DNA from: Candidatus Omnitrophota bacterium
Lineage (GTDB): Bacteria; Omnitrophota; Gorgyraeia; Zapsychrales; JAKLDJ01
Direction: 5' to 3'
Length of the DNA stretch: 64,000 bases
Assembly: GCA_022703585.1 (NCBI GenBank)
Contig: JAKLDJ010000005.1
Span: forward strand, 69,353 to 133,352
Shown here: in pieces, positions 8,461-18,199 of the stretch
Layout: each line of letters begins with the position of its first letter
Position numbering within the stretch: position 1 is the stretch's first letter
Program-made: the position numbers and the translations under genes
Notes under the pieces: model-generated
What the model saw: the letters and a program-made list of their open reading frames with translations, nothing else
Told to the model about the DNA's origin: nothing
Databases searched by the model: none

Positions 8461-9204
8461 TCAACCTTTTTTAAGGGCCGTGTTCTCCTTCTGGAGAATG
8501 TCTAATTTAGCCTCGGCCTCTCTGAGCTCGTCTTTGATCTTTTCCATGCCTTCGAGTTTTGTCTTAAAATCTTCACAAATCTTTTCCAGGCCGGCGGTCT
8601 GGGTGCGATTCTTGGCCAATTCGAGCTGCGCCATTCGTTCCCGTTCGGTCAATTGGGCATTAAGCTCTTTTAACTTCGCTAATTCCCCGTTATCGCTCGC
8701 CATCGCCGGGGCTGAGGCCGCGCCGCCTTTTTTCTCCTGAAGATCCTTGACCTGCCCCTTCAGGCTTTCAATAAGCCCCAGCGCGCCCTGCGCTTGCTCG
8801 GTCATCTTGGCGGTAATCGCCGCAATCTCGCTTTCCAAATGCTGAATTTTCTGCTGGTCGGCTTCTTTTTCGGCTTTTAACTGTTCGGCGAGCGCCTGTG
8901 CTTCAGTAATCCGTGCCCGGCTTTTTGACTCTAAATCATCGACGACGGCCCTGGCCTCCTGTTCGGCCTTACTGGTCAGCTCGAGGCTTTCGCGGACCGC
9001 CTCGAGTTCTCCCGACAAAACCGTCAATTCCGTTTTTGTTTTCTTTTCTGAATCTTTGGCAAGAATAAGATTTCTCTCAGCGGTTTCCAGTTGAGCACGC
9101 GGAACAATCGACTGCGGGTCGGGAATGGAAAAATACGCCCTGAATAAGAATACGACACCTGCGATAAAAAGAATGATCCCAAAGACGCTGAACGCGACTA
9201 CCAT
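8461..9204 (-). CDS. Membrane-anchored coiled-coil protein, function unknown
   Basis: 247 aa: an N-terminal TM helix, then ~200 aa of charged heptad-like coiled coil (E/K/A/L-rich). Confidence 0.6.
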   Translation of the reverse strand: MVVAFSVFGIILFIAGVVFLFRAYFSIPDPQSIVPRAQLETAERNLILAKDSEKKTKTELTVLSGELEAVRESLELTSKAEQEARAVVDDLESKSRARITEAQALAEQLKAEKEADQQKIQHLESEIAAITAKMTEQAQGALGLIESLKGQVKDLQEKKGGAASAPAMASDNGELAKLKELNAQLTERERMAQLELAKNRTQTAGLEKICEDFKTKLEGMEKIKDELREAEAKLDILQKENTALKKG

Positions 9205-9233
9205 GCCATTGCTTTCCTTAAATCACTCCGTTA

Positions 9234-9590
9234 TTACTTTTCAAAAACAATTCTTTCTTCGCCTGATTCGGAAACAACCCGCGCCCGATATCCCATCTTC
9301 ACTAAACAAGCAACAGTCTTCTTTTTTATCCTTGAGGCTAATGCCGGATCACGCAAAATCTTTTGTGCCATCTCAACATATTCCCGCATCACCTCATCGG
9401 AGAACTGTTTAAGATATTTCGCTGTCCGTTCATTGGTCAGCTGCGCATTTCCATTTGCTTCGCGAGAAATCCGGATACCTTCTGCGGCCATGCGGGCATA
9501 TTCATCTTCACTCATCGCCCAGCCTTGGCCGACGAGCATCAACAACGCTACAACGACAGAAATACAGTACTTTTTAATTCTTTTCGGCAT
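9234..9590 (-). CDS. Small secreted hypothetical protein
   Basis: The track ORF (start 9680) overlaps hldD. The internal Met at 9590 (MPKRIKKYCISVVVALLMLVGQGWA, a signal peptide) abuts the hldD stop. Confidence 0.45.
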   Translation of the reverse strand: MPKRIKKYCISVVVALLMLVGQGWAMSEDEYARMAAEGIRISREANGNAQLTNERTAKYLKQFSDEVMREYVEMAQKILRDPALASRIKKKTVACLVKMGYRARVVSESGEERIVFEK

Positions 9591-9591
9591 C

Positions 9592-10581
9592 CTAGAGATA
9601 GGCGTGTCGCGAAAGATATCCTGCATAATCCGCGACCGCATCCTCCAATTCCGTAAAAGATTTTTGGTAGCCGCTTGCACGCAATTTATTCATATCGGCT
9701 TGCGTAAAATACTGATACTGCGCGCGCATGTATTCCGGCATATTAATATACTCGATAATCGGCTTTTTGCCAACTGCTTTAAAAAGAGCATGCGCAAGGT
9801 CATTCCAACTGCGCGCCTTACCGGTTCCGACGTTATAAATGCCGCCGAGGGAAGGGTTGCTAAAGAAATACATTACCACATCCACGGCATCCTTGACATA
9901 AATAAAATCCCGTTTTTGCTCTCCGTCTGCATATTCCTTTTTATAAGATTTGAAAAGCCCCATCTTGCCTTCTTTAACAACCCGTTCATGGGCCTTGGCA
10001 ACAAGGCTGCGCATTTCGCCCTTGTGGTATTCGTTAGGCCCGAAGACATTAAAAAACTTCAGGCCCGTGAACTTATCGACCGCACCGTGGTCCAAAACCC
10101 ATTCGTCGAATTTTTGCTTCGATTTTCCGTACAGGTTAAGAGGCTTGCAGCGGCGGGTCGAGGCATCATCATCGTGATAGCCCTGAGCGCCGTCTCCGTA
10201 AGTAGCGGCCGAACTGGCATAAATCAACTTTACCTTGTGATGCAGGCACCACTCGGCTATTTTGCGGGAATACCCAAAATTATTTTCTTCGAAATAAGCC
10301 GCATCCTGCAGAATCGTCGAACTGCAAGCCCCCATATGGATAACGCAATCGACGGAGGGCTGAAGCTTGTCAAGGCTGACAAACTCGATAAATTCTTTTT
10401 TATCCAGATATTGGGAGAATTTCTTGTTCTTTAAATTTTCTTTCTTAAGATCGTCGTCCATGTGGTCGACAGCGACGATATCGTTTCGGCCGGCCGAATT
10501 AAGAGCAGCCAGTATGCAGCTTCCGATAAAACCTGCGGCTCCGGTTAAGACAATCAATCTTTGTTCCTTTCTAAATGTCAA
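9592..10581 (-). CDS. hldD: ADP-L-glycero-D-manno-heptose 6-epimerase
   Basis: 329-aa SDR. Motifs VLTGAAGFIGS, LIYASSAATYG, YGKSK (YxxxK), FFNVFGPNEYHKG and YQYFTQADMNKLRASGY match the HldD/RfaD family closely. Confidence 0.85.
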   Translation of the reverse strand: MTFRKEQRLIVLTGAAGFIGSCILAALNSAGRNDIVAVDHMDDDLKKENLKNKKFSQYLDKKEFIEFVSLDKLQPSVDCVIHMGACSSTILQDAAYFEENNFGYSRKIAEWCLHHKVKLIYASSAATYGDGAQGYHDDDASTRRCKPLNLYGKSKQKFDEWVLDHGAVDKFTGLKFFNVFGPNEYHKGEMRSLVAKAHERVVKEGKMGLFKSYKKEYADGEQKRDFIYVKDAVDVVMYFFSNPSLGGIYNVGTGKARSWNDLAHALFKAVGKKPIIEYINMPEYMRAQYQYFTQADMNKLRASGYQKSFTELEDAVADYAGYLSRHAYL

Positions 10582-11132
10582 TTAAGCTGGCTTAAAATAA
10601 ATTCCCCCACCCGTTGTCCGATACGATAGGACATCAATTGGTAATCCTCTTGATTAAGGCCCACGATTTCGCGATAAGAAAAAACAAGGACGTTTTTTCC
10701 TGTTTCCGGGTCGCTCATCTGGCCTTCGATGGCCAAAAATGACTTCTCCTGCCCGGCAACCCATTTCGTAACGCCCCGGGATTCTCCCAATGCCGTCACG
10801 TGCCCCTTAAGAACAAGATCCGTATTCTCGGCATCTTCATTTGTCAAGATTCTAAAAGGGGTCCTTGCTTTTCCCAGAGTTTCCATAATGCCCTTAAAAG
10901 CCATCAGGGAAATCTTCTCCATCTTGTCATTTGCCTCAACGCCCGGACCAGGCCTAAAGGGAACAATCAAAAGATTCCCTCCGCTTTTAAAGGCCGCCGT
11001 ATCTAAAACCCTGGCTTCGTCAACCAATTCATCAACCTTCGGCATCGTCGATCCCTTGATTTGCTTAGAGGCACATCCGGAGATGATACAAACTATTACA
11101 AGCAAACAACTTATAAAATACTTTCTTTTCAT
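10578..11132 (-). CDS. Lipoprotein, function unknown
   Basis: 184 aa. Signal peptide with lipobox (LVIVCIISGCAS). Confidence 0.6.
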   Translation of the reverse strand: MKRKYFISCLLVIVCIISGCASKQIKGSTMPKVDELVDEARVLDTAAFKSGGNLLIVPFRPGPGVEANDKMEKISLMAFKGIMETLGKARTPFRILTNEDAENTDLVLKGHVTALGESRGVTKWVAGQEKSFLAIEGQMSDPETGKNVLVFSYREIVGLNQEDYQLMSYRIGQRVGEFILSQLN

Positions 11133-11141
11133 GAATCTTCC

Positions 11142-12086
11142 TTAAAATATTGTTCTCGACATCATCAAATTAAATCCAATCCCCAGGACAATCGACATCA
11201 CGCAGATAACCCAAAGATACGCGGCCAGGACCTTGCCGCCAAAGGATTTCTTCACGGCAAAAATCATTCCATAACTTGTTATCGGCCCGACCAAGAGGTA
11301 AACCATCACCGGCCCATAGGCCATGCCGCTTTTAAGAAACGCGTCCGCCATCGGCACATTGCCTGTTGAGCATACGTAGGTTGCCAGCCCAACGATAAGA
11401 GCGAATACGTAGCCCCACACCCCCGACAGATACTGCTTAATCAAATGTTGTGCAGGCGTAAAAACCATAATCAGGCTGGCAATAACCACACCAAGCAATA
11501 ACTCCAACCCGATTTCTTTTGGGAGAGTTATAAGGCTGTAGGTAAGAACGCTTTTTATCCGAGTGAACAGATCATGAGAATGCTTTACGCCTCCCTGTTT
11601 GCCTTGCGAAACCGTACAGCAGCAATCATTTCCCGGACCTTTCTCAAATTCCCCCTCGGGCTTAGATACTTCAGATCGGGACATCACGTTTCCGATCAGG
11701 CCCATTATCAGCCCCATCACGATAACCGCGAAGAATATATACAACGTAAATGCCGGCCCCATTAATTTCCAGCAGATAATTAATGCCGGGGCTGATGTCG
11801 CGGGAGTCGTAACCAAAAATGCCAGCACCGGCCCCAACCGGGCGCCTTTGCGCTTCATGGTTAGGGCAATCGGTAAAGACCCAAAACAGCAAACCGGCAA
11901 GACAACGCCGATTAACGAAGCGGCAAAAATCGGCATAATCCCTTTTTGTCCTAAATATTTTTCGATAATATTCGAGGGGATAAATTCGTAGAGGATACCG
12001 CTGAGAAGAAACCCAATAAGTACCGAAAACCACAACTCCTGGATATAATGGCTAAAGGTACCCAAGAATGCATCTATGAATTCCAT
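11142..12086 (-). CDS. Two-repeat permease (UPF0718/DUF318-like) with Cys-rich central loop
   Basis: 314 aa. Two hydrophobic 4-TM repeats are separated by a cytosolic CCCTVSQG loop. The architecture is typical of 'predicted permease' family proteins. Confidence 0.7.
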   Translation of the reverse strand: MEFIDAFLGTFSHYIQELWFSVLIGFLLSGILYEFIPSNIIEKYLGQKGIMPIFAASLIGVVLPVCCFGSLPIALTMKRKGARLGPVLAFLVTTPATSAPALIICWKLMGPAFTLYIFFAVIVMGLIMGLIGNVMSRSEVSKPEGEFEKGPGNDCCCTVSQGKQGGVKHSHDLFTRIKSVLTYSLITLPKEIGLELLLGVVIASLIMVFTPAQHLIKQYLSGVWGYVFALIVGLATYVCSTGNVPMADAFLKSGMAYGPVMVYLLVGPITSYGMIFAVKKSFGGKVLAAYLWVICVMSIVLGIGFNLMMSRTIF

Positions 12087-12138
12087 CTATATGCACCCCA
12101 ATTATTTACAAATACAACAATCTCTTTTTATACTTTGC

Positions 12139-13128
12139 TTAGCGCTGCTTCTTCTGGCTTACATCCTTTTCATCATAGATCTCGCCAAAAAGCTCCTCCA
12201 GGACATCCTCCATCGAGATAACACCGATATTCTTTTGAGAATCATCCCGGACAATAAACAGATGCTGGTTGTACGCCTGGAATTTTTGTAAAAGCGCATC
12301 CGCCTTGATGCGATGATTGACAAATATCGGCCTGGTCATGAATTCCTTGACATAAATACTTTCCTCATCAGCCGCGATGTGCCTCAAAAGTATTCTATGC
12401 TCAACCACGCCGACAATGTCCGTGGGATCTTTGCCATAAACCCCGATACGGCTAAAACGCGAATCGATAATTTCTTTCTTAAGTTCGCCCAAAGTCTTGT
12501 CGGCCGGCAAAGAGAAAAGCTGACTAATGGACTTCATCATCTGATAGGCCTTTAAATCGTTGAGCTTAAAAACGCGATTACATAAAACTTCCTCGTCTAT
12601 TTCAACGGTACCTGCATCCCGCCCGAGTTGCAACATCATTTTTATTTCCTCCTCGGTAACCCGGGGCAATTTAGCGCGTTTCATAAAGGGAAGCGCACTG
12701 GCCATAATGAGCTCAACCAACGGCCGCATGACCCACACCAGGGCCGCCAGAGGCCGGGCGATGAGCAAGGAAACGGATGTCTTGTAGCGCTCCCCTACGG
12801 TTTTGGGGATAACCTCTCCCAAGATAATAATCGAAAAAGTCATCAGCGCAGAAGCAATCGCCAGCCATTGATCGCCGTAAAGATTGGCAACCATCTCCCC
12901 CACAAAAATGGACCCGACAATATTAACCGTATTATTCAGGATAACGATGGCGCCAACGGTCGCATTAATGTTCTCTTTAATATACAGGAGGGCTTTGGCA
13001 CTCTGGCGATGTTCTTCGGCCATGGTTCGAGCACGAACCAAGGGAAGGCTTAAGATAGCCGCCTCCGACATGGAGCACAAGGCGGATAACACAATAACCA
13101 CAGTAAAGAATATCAACAACGAGAACAT
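12139..13128 (-). CDS. DUF21-CBS (CNNM/CorC-HlyC family) membrane protein
   Basis: 329 aa. An N-terminal 4-TM DUF21 region is followed by a CBS pair. The domain order matches CorC/TlyC-type transporters. Confidence 0.8.
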   Translation of the reverse strand: MFSLLIFFTVVIVLSALCSMSEAAILSLPLVRARTMAEEHRQSAKALLYIKENINATVGAIVILNNTVNIVGSIFVGEMVANLYGDQWLAIASALMTFSIIILGEVIPKTVGERYKTSVSLLIARPLAALVWVMRPLVELIMASALPFMKRAKLPRVTEEEIKMMLQLGRDAGTVEIDEEVLCNRVFKLNDLKAYQMMKSISQLFSLPADKTLGELKKEIIDSRFSRIGVYGKDPTDIVGVVEHRILLRHIAADEESIYVKEFMTRPIFVNHRIKADALLQKFQAYNQHLFIVRDDSQKNIGVISMEDVLEELFGEIYDEKDVSQKKQR

Positions 13129-13276
13129 TTTCTAACCTTTAATCTTGCACCGCGAAGAAAGACATAAATATACCGGACTCTTCCGGAACCGCTTATTATG
13201 GAAGAAAACCAAGCTTTACTTCAATCATTATATAGGTTTAGGGGGGTTTTGCATACTGGAAAGTTGCGAAAATCTG

Positions 13277-14464
13277 TTAAATCTTTACACCGGGGATATC
13301 ATCGATATTGAGGCGAACACGAATATCCTTGTAAATCTCCTCCAGATTGACGCTATGGGTAGGACGGCATAGCAGGTATCCTTGCCCGGCATCAACTCCG
13401 AGGTCAATTAAGATGTCCAAGTCTTCTTTTTGCTCGATGCCTTCGGCGATGGAGATAATATTATTTTCCTTGCAAAAAGAAACGATAAACTTGACCAAGC
13501 TGCGCCGGATAGGATCGTTCTTCAAGTTTTGGATCAGATGGATATCAATCTTGACGACTGAGGGCCTTATTTCGACAATCGATTCAAGGCTGGCATAGCC
13601 CCCACCGACATCATCGATCGCAATATCAAAACCATAGTTACGATAAAACCTTAGGCGTTCATAAAAAGAATTGTAATCAGATACCAGCGAACGTTCGGTT
13701 AATTCCAGGACGATATTCTTAGGATTAACGTTATTTTTATCAAAAATCGATTTGATCTTAAAGAATTTCGGGCTTTCGACAAAAAACGGATTACAGTTTA
13801 AGAATAATCTCGCCTCTTCGGAACAACGAGGCATGGATTCCAGGGCCTTTTGCCAGGAAATCATTTCAAGATCGCAATATAAGCCGAACCGTAGCGCGGC
13901 TTTAAACAGCAGCTCGGGATTGGACAATATGCTCTTGATAGGCGGCCGGCTTAGGGCTTCGAACCCGAATATCCTGAAGGGTTTAAGGAAAAATATCGGC
14001 TGATAAAAAGGAATGACCAACTCTTCTTTGACAATCTTTTTTAACTCAAGAATAACAACCTCATTATCGCTCGTTGACTCATCAAAGAATACGCTACGGC
14101 GCAGGACCGCCTCCATCCGCGCCAGCAACTCTTCATGATCAAAAGGCTTGGTCAAATAATCATCGGCCCCCAGATAAAGGCCTTCGATTTTGTCTTCAAA
14201 CAAATATTTTACGCTAACAATAATAATGGGGATATGGCGAGTGGTTTTTCCTTCGCGCAGGCGCCGGCAGACTTCGAAACCCTCAACGTCCGGGAGAATA
14301 AGATCCAATAAAATTAAATCCGGCTTGGTCATGGCTTTCTCTATAGCCGCCGAGCCGGAATCTGCAATGTCTACCTCATAGCCTCTGGTTTCCAATATGA
14401 GGGACATCATTTGGGCGATATTTCTTTCGTCATCAACGATAAGTACGCGTTTCTTGTTCGTCAT
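13277..14464 (-). CDS. Response regulator receiver + EAL domain protein (c-di-GMP phosphodiesterase)
   Basis: 395 aa. REC domain (VLIVDDE, phospho-acceptor in DLILPD) plus EAL motifs (FEALSRP, ELTERS, IAIDDVGGGYASL, IKIDIHLI, AEGIE). Confidence 0.85.
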   Translation of the reverse strand: MTNKKRVLIVDDERNIAQMMSLILETRGYEVDIADSGSAAIEKAMTKPDLILLDLILPDVEGFEVCRRLREGKTTRHIPIIIVSVKYLFEDKIEGLYLGADDYLTKPFDHEELLARMEAVLRRSVFFDESTSDNEVVILELKKIVKEELVIPFYQPIFFLKPFRIFGFEALSRPPIKSILSNPELLFKAALRFGLYCDLEMISWQKALESMPRCSEEARLFLNCNPFFVESPKFFKIKSIFDKNNVNPKNIVLELTERSLVSDYNSFYERLRFYRNYGFDIAIDDVGGGYASLESIVEIRPSVVKIDIHLIQNLKNDPIRRSLVKFIVSFCKENNIISIAEGIEQKEDLDILIDLGVDAGQGYLLCRPTHSVNLEEIYKDIRVRLNIDDIPGVKI

Positions 14465-14533
14465 GGCTTCCTTAGTGCTTGTTTGGCTGTCTATATATTA
14501 ACAAGTCCTGACGCTGAAACCTTGTCGATTCCG

Positions 14534-14580
14534 AAAAAAAACGGCATCCCTTCTCTCTAAACACTTCTAGAAGGATGCCG
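14534..14580 (-). terminator. Intrinsic terminator in the phosphorylase / EAL-regulator spacer
   Basis: CGGCATCCCTTCT..AGAAGGATGCCG hairpin followed on the minus strand by U8. Confidence 0.5.
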
Positions 14581-14995
14581 TGGCTTTCACCCAATTTAAG
14601 TATAGACTAGGCGTCAAGAGAAGACCAGAAAATTTTAAAATATATCTCATTATACATCAATAGGTTACAACTAACTTATTTATTTCTTAATTAAAATTTC
14701 TGCCCGCACAGAAATCGCTACCTTAGAAATAGTCTAACTTTCACAGGCAAACCATGGCAGAAAAATCAGGAAGAATGAACGCCCGGATAATAAAATAGTC
14801 AACTTTTAATTAGGATAGGCGGCTTTCACGTAGGCAATTTCTGGCTGATAACCGGAAATCTATTGGGCCTGCCCCCGCCCATCAAATCGTTCTTCTCGCT
14901 CAAAATAAAATAATGAACTAAAACGCGGCTTGGTTTTACTGGAGATTTGTTTTAAGGGTACCTTCGGAAAGTCGACAAACCCGGCTATCAGAAAA

Positions 14996-17023
14996 TTATT
15001 TCCACATTTGACTTTGATACTGTTTGACCATGCGCTGCGTATTAAAAAACGCGCTCTTCTCAATGCAGCAAATCATTTTATCAATCCAGGGACTGTCGAT
15101 GTTAATTTTACCATCGTTATTTGTTTCATAATAAAGTTTCATGACTCCTTCAAGCGTATCGCAAAGCGCCTTGGAATCTTCGTCCAAATGCTGATCCGAT
15201 TCCTTGCCGATATCGCCACCTTTATGTTGGTAACCAAAAAACCAGCCGATATCATCCTTAACCGCCTCCACCACCCAGCCATCCACTGTGCTCATCTGCA
15301 AAACGCCGTTTAATATCGCCTTCATCCCGCTGGTACCCGATGCCTCAAATGGCGGTATAGGATTATTGAGCCACACATCAACCGAATTGGTAAGCAGTTT
15401 TCCAAAGTATGTATCGTAATTCTCTAGCAATACTACTCTTATGACATCTTTATACCCGTTAAGCTGGTCAATGCGGTTTAATATATCGTCAATATAGGCA
15501 GCGCCTAAGTTGTCATTCGGGTGCGCCTTACCGGCCATAACCAGCTGGATAGGGCCGAGCGAGTAAGCCATTTTGACCAACCGGTCCACATCGCGGAGAA
15601 TAAGAACCGGCCGTTTGTAACCCGCGATTCTTCGAGCCCAGCATATGGTAAAAATATTTTCCTTAAGCTGCCAGCCTTTAAGAATGCTCATCAGTTGACG
15701 CTTGTTTTCCTGGTGCGCCTCAAAGACCTCCCGGCGAAAAGCTTTATTTTTTGAAAGGGTTGAAATACGTGACAGCCGTCCGGGATTATCCCGCCAGTCT
15801 CCGAAAAAGTCCTTATGCTTGTCAAAAAGTTTTCTGAAGCTCTCCGAAAGCCAGGTATGGGTATGGACGCCATTGGTAATAAAGCCTATCTTCTCGTCAA
15901 AAGCAGGAAACTGAAAACGCATCACCTCTCCGTGTTTCATAGCAACGGCGTTGACTTTATTGCAATTATTCAGTGCCATATAAGTTAAGTTAATTTCATC
16001 CGAACTCGGCCTTTCTTTACCGAATTCTTCCAACGCGCTTACGTATTCGGGTTTGAGGATGCGGGCAACATCGGATAATTTAAAACGGTCGTGGCCGGCC
16101 GCTACAGGCGTGTGACAGGTGTATACAAATTTCTTTAGTAAGGCCCCCGCGTCATCCTTGTCTTTAAGGTTGACGTATTTTTCAAGAAGCGCGAACGCCG
16201 CATGGCCTTCATTAAGATGATAGCGATAAACCTGATAACCTAAACTCTCCAGGGCCTTGACTCCCCCCATCCCCAGAATCGCGCGCTGATATATTTTCCA
16301 CCAGGCATTATCGCTGCGGTAAAGCTGATCAGTCAACTTTTGAAACGGCTCAGAATTCTCGGGCAAGTTAGAATCAAGGAGAATAATCGGACAGGCGGTT
16401 TTCTTGTCGTGACTGTAAACGTAATACTTCCAAAGTCTTAAGTTAAGCGGCCCCTCCTGGGTTTCTAGCGTAACAATGTTCTTAAGCGGAATAAGGCCCG
16501 GATAACTGTGAGGATCCCACGCTTGCTGCTCGGGAACTTGCCCGTGTTTGTACCAAAATCTCTGCTTAAAATATCCCTTGTTCCAAAGAATGCCGATACC
16601 GACAACCGATAGCCCCAGATCCGCGCAGCTTTTCATGGCATCCCCGGCCAAAACCCCTAAGCCGCCCCCGTAGATCGGGATATCGATCATCTTATCGATT
16701 TCGACTTTAAAAAGGTAATCACATAACCAATAATTTGAAAATACCTCGTGGGTAAAAAATTTATTTTTATTGCTCATGGGCCGGCTGAGGCTAAAGGTAT
16801 TGTAAATGCTGGGGGCAATACCGAATTCCATAGAAAAATAAGCCACAGAATTTTCTTCTTCGGAAATGAGATTCTTTTCTGCCTTGAGGATAGGACTGAT
16901 GGGAAAACCGAAAAACTTTTCCTTGTTGATATCACCGATATAAGTTTCTTTAAAGCTCTCAACCAGCCCGGCAAAATCACTGAAGGTATATTCGACTTCT
17001 TTTTTCTTCCTGGGACGTCCCAA
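14996..17023 (-). CDS. Alpha-glucan (glycogen/maltodextrin) phosphorylase, GT35
   Basis: 675 aa. YFSMEFG, GGGLGVLAGD and the pyridoxal-phosphate lysine motif EASGTSGMK are present. Confidence 0.85.
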   Translation of the reverse strand: MGRPRKKKEVEYTFSDFAGLVESFKETYIGDINKEKFFGFPISPILKAEKNLISEEENSVAYFSMEFGIAPSIYNTFSLSRPMSNKNKFFTHEVFSNYWLCDYLFKVEIDKMIDIPIYGGGLGVLAGDAMKSCADLGLSVVGIGILWNKGYFKQRFWYKHGQVPEQQAWDPHSYPGLIPLKNIVTLETQEGPLNLRLWKYYVYSHDKKTACPIILLDSNLPENSEPFQKLTDQLYRSDNAWWKIYQRAILGMGGVKALESLGYQVYRYHLNEGHAAFALLEKYVNLKDKDDAGALLKKFVYTCHTPVAAGHDRFKLSDVARILKPEYVSALEEFGKERPSSDEINLTYMALNNCNKVNAVAMKHGEVMRFQFPAFDEKIGFITNGVHTHTWLSESFRKLFDKHKDFFGDWRDNPGRLSRISTLSKNKAFRREVFEAHQENKRQLMSILKGWQLKENIFTICWARRIAGYKRPVLILRDVDRLVKMAYSLGPIQLVMAGKAHPNDNLGAAYIDDILNRIDQLNGYKDVIRVVLLENYDTYFGKLLTNSVDVWLNNPIPPFEASGTSGMKAILNGVLQMSTVDGWVVEAVKDDIGWFFGYQHKGGDIGKESDQHLDEDSKALCDTLEGVMKLYYETNNDGKINIDSPWIDKMICCIEKSAFFNTQRMVKQYQSQMWK

Positions 17024-17125
17024 TAAAGCCTCCCTTGGTTTCGGTAAACGAATGAATTTATTATAACAGAAAAAGATTATGTATGTTTATACGAATAAAT
17101 TTTTTAAATAGGCGGCCGCCTTGGA

Positions 17126-18199
17126 CTAGAAACGCTCCTTTGCGCGCAATAGCTCATAGCCCGCGGTTTCATGTAGGGTAACCCCCTTCTTCTGGCCCAT
17201 AAAATTCAAAAAGCCTCCTGCCGTTCCATCGGCATCATCAAAGGATTCAACAATAAACGCGGCTCTTTTACTTCCCAAGGAATCAATAAAAGCAATGCCT
17301 CGCTGACCTCCCAAAACACACAAAGCCGTTGACAGCGCATCCGCCTCCGTCGCCGTAGGGGCAATCACGGTCGCACTCATTACTGCTGTTTCCGGAAAAC
17401 CCGTTATTGGATTAATAATGCGCGGCCAACGGCGCTCCTGAATTTCGTAATACCGTTCGTAGCTTCCGGATGTCGAAACCGCCCTATTCATAAGCTCAAT
17501 AACATCAATAACTTTAGAAGTATCGAAAGGATCCCGTATGCCGACCTGCCACGGTTTGCCCTGGCAATTTAATCCCGAAGCCAAAAGTTCGCCGCCGGCA
17601 TCAACCAAAAAGTTCTTAAAACCATTTCCCTTTAAAATTTCGCCGGCCTCGTCCGCCGCGTAACCGCAAGCGATACCGCCAAGATCGATTTTCGTTTGAT
17701 TATTTAAAAGCCTTACCCGGTTATTGGTGAGAAATTCAATATTCTTAATCCCGACCGAGCTTCTTGCTTGCAATAATTCGGCTTTTGCCGGAATTCGATT
17801 TTCCTGCTCGGCTTTTTTCCATAATTCTGTCAGCGGGTAAATCGTAACATCAAAAATACCTCCCGTCACCTGCGAAATCTTCACAGAGTCTTCTAAGAGC
17901 CCGTAGGTGTCCGCGCCGACAATAACCGGCGCCGGATAAGACCGGTTAACCCGGCCGACATCGCCTTCAGGATTTGAGACATTCATACGCCGGTTTATGT
18001 CTTCCAGGCGTTCCCAGGCTCGAGCAAAGGCTTTTTGTACGGCTATTTCCTCGCCTGCGTCACTACAAATATCCAGGCGGACAATGGTTCCAAAAAGCGG
18101 CCGGGATTCGCTATATTTTACCGCCGGAGATAAAGAATTAGTATTTTGACAGCCGACAAGAAAGATAGCGGCTAAGGGGAAAAAAATGTTTTTCTTCAT
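17126..18199 (-). CDS. apbE: FAD:protein FMN transferase (ApbE family) lipoprotein
   Basis: 357 aa. Lipobox LVGCQ. ApbE motifs DLGGIACGYAAD and STSGSYERY. Confidence 0.8.
   Translation of the reverse strand: MKKNIFFPLAAIFLVGCQNTNSLSPAVKYSESRPLFGTIVRLDICSDAGEEIAVQKAFARAWERLEDINRRMNVSNPEGDVGRVNRSYPAPVIVGADTYGLLEDSVKISQVTGGIFDVTIYPLTELWKKAEQENRIPAKAELLQARSSVGIKNIEFLTNNRVRLLNNQTKIDLGGIACGYAADEAGEILKGNGFKNFLVDAGGELLASGLNCQGKPWQVGIRDPFDTSKVIDVIELMNRAVSTSGSYERYYEIQERRWPRIINPITGFPETAVMSATVIAPTATEADALSTALCVLGGQRGIAFIDSLGSKRAAFIVESFDDADGTAGGFLNFMGQKKGVTLHETAGYELLRAKERF

Noticed and set aside
9433-10434. 333-aa plus-strand ORF
   Set aside because: It lies entirely antisense to the strongly supported hldD gene. 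Its composition is low-complexity and hydrophobic, and it shows no motifs. It is an ORF-finder artefact.
11574-12033. Three overlapping 60-130-aa ORFs inside the permease gene
   Set aside because: These are out-of-frame or antisense ORFs within a convincing polytopic permease.
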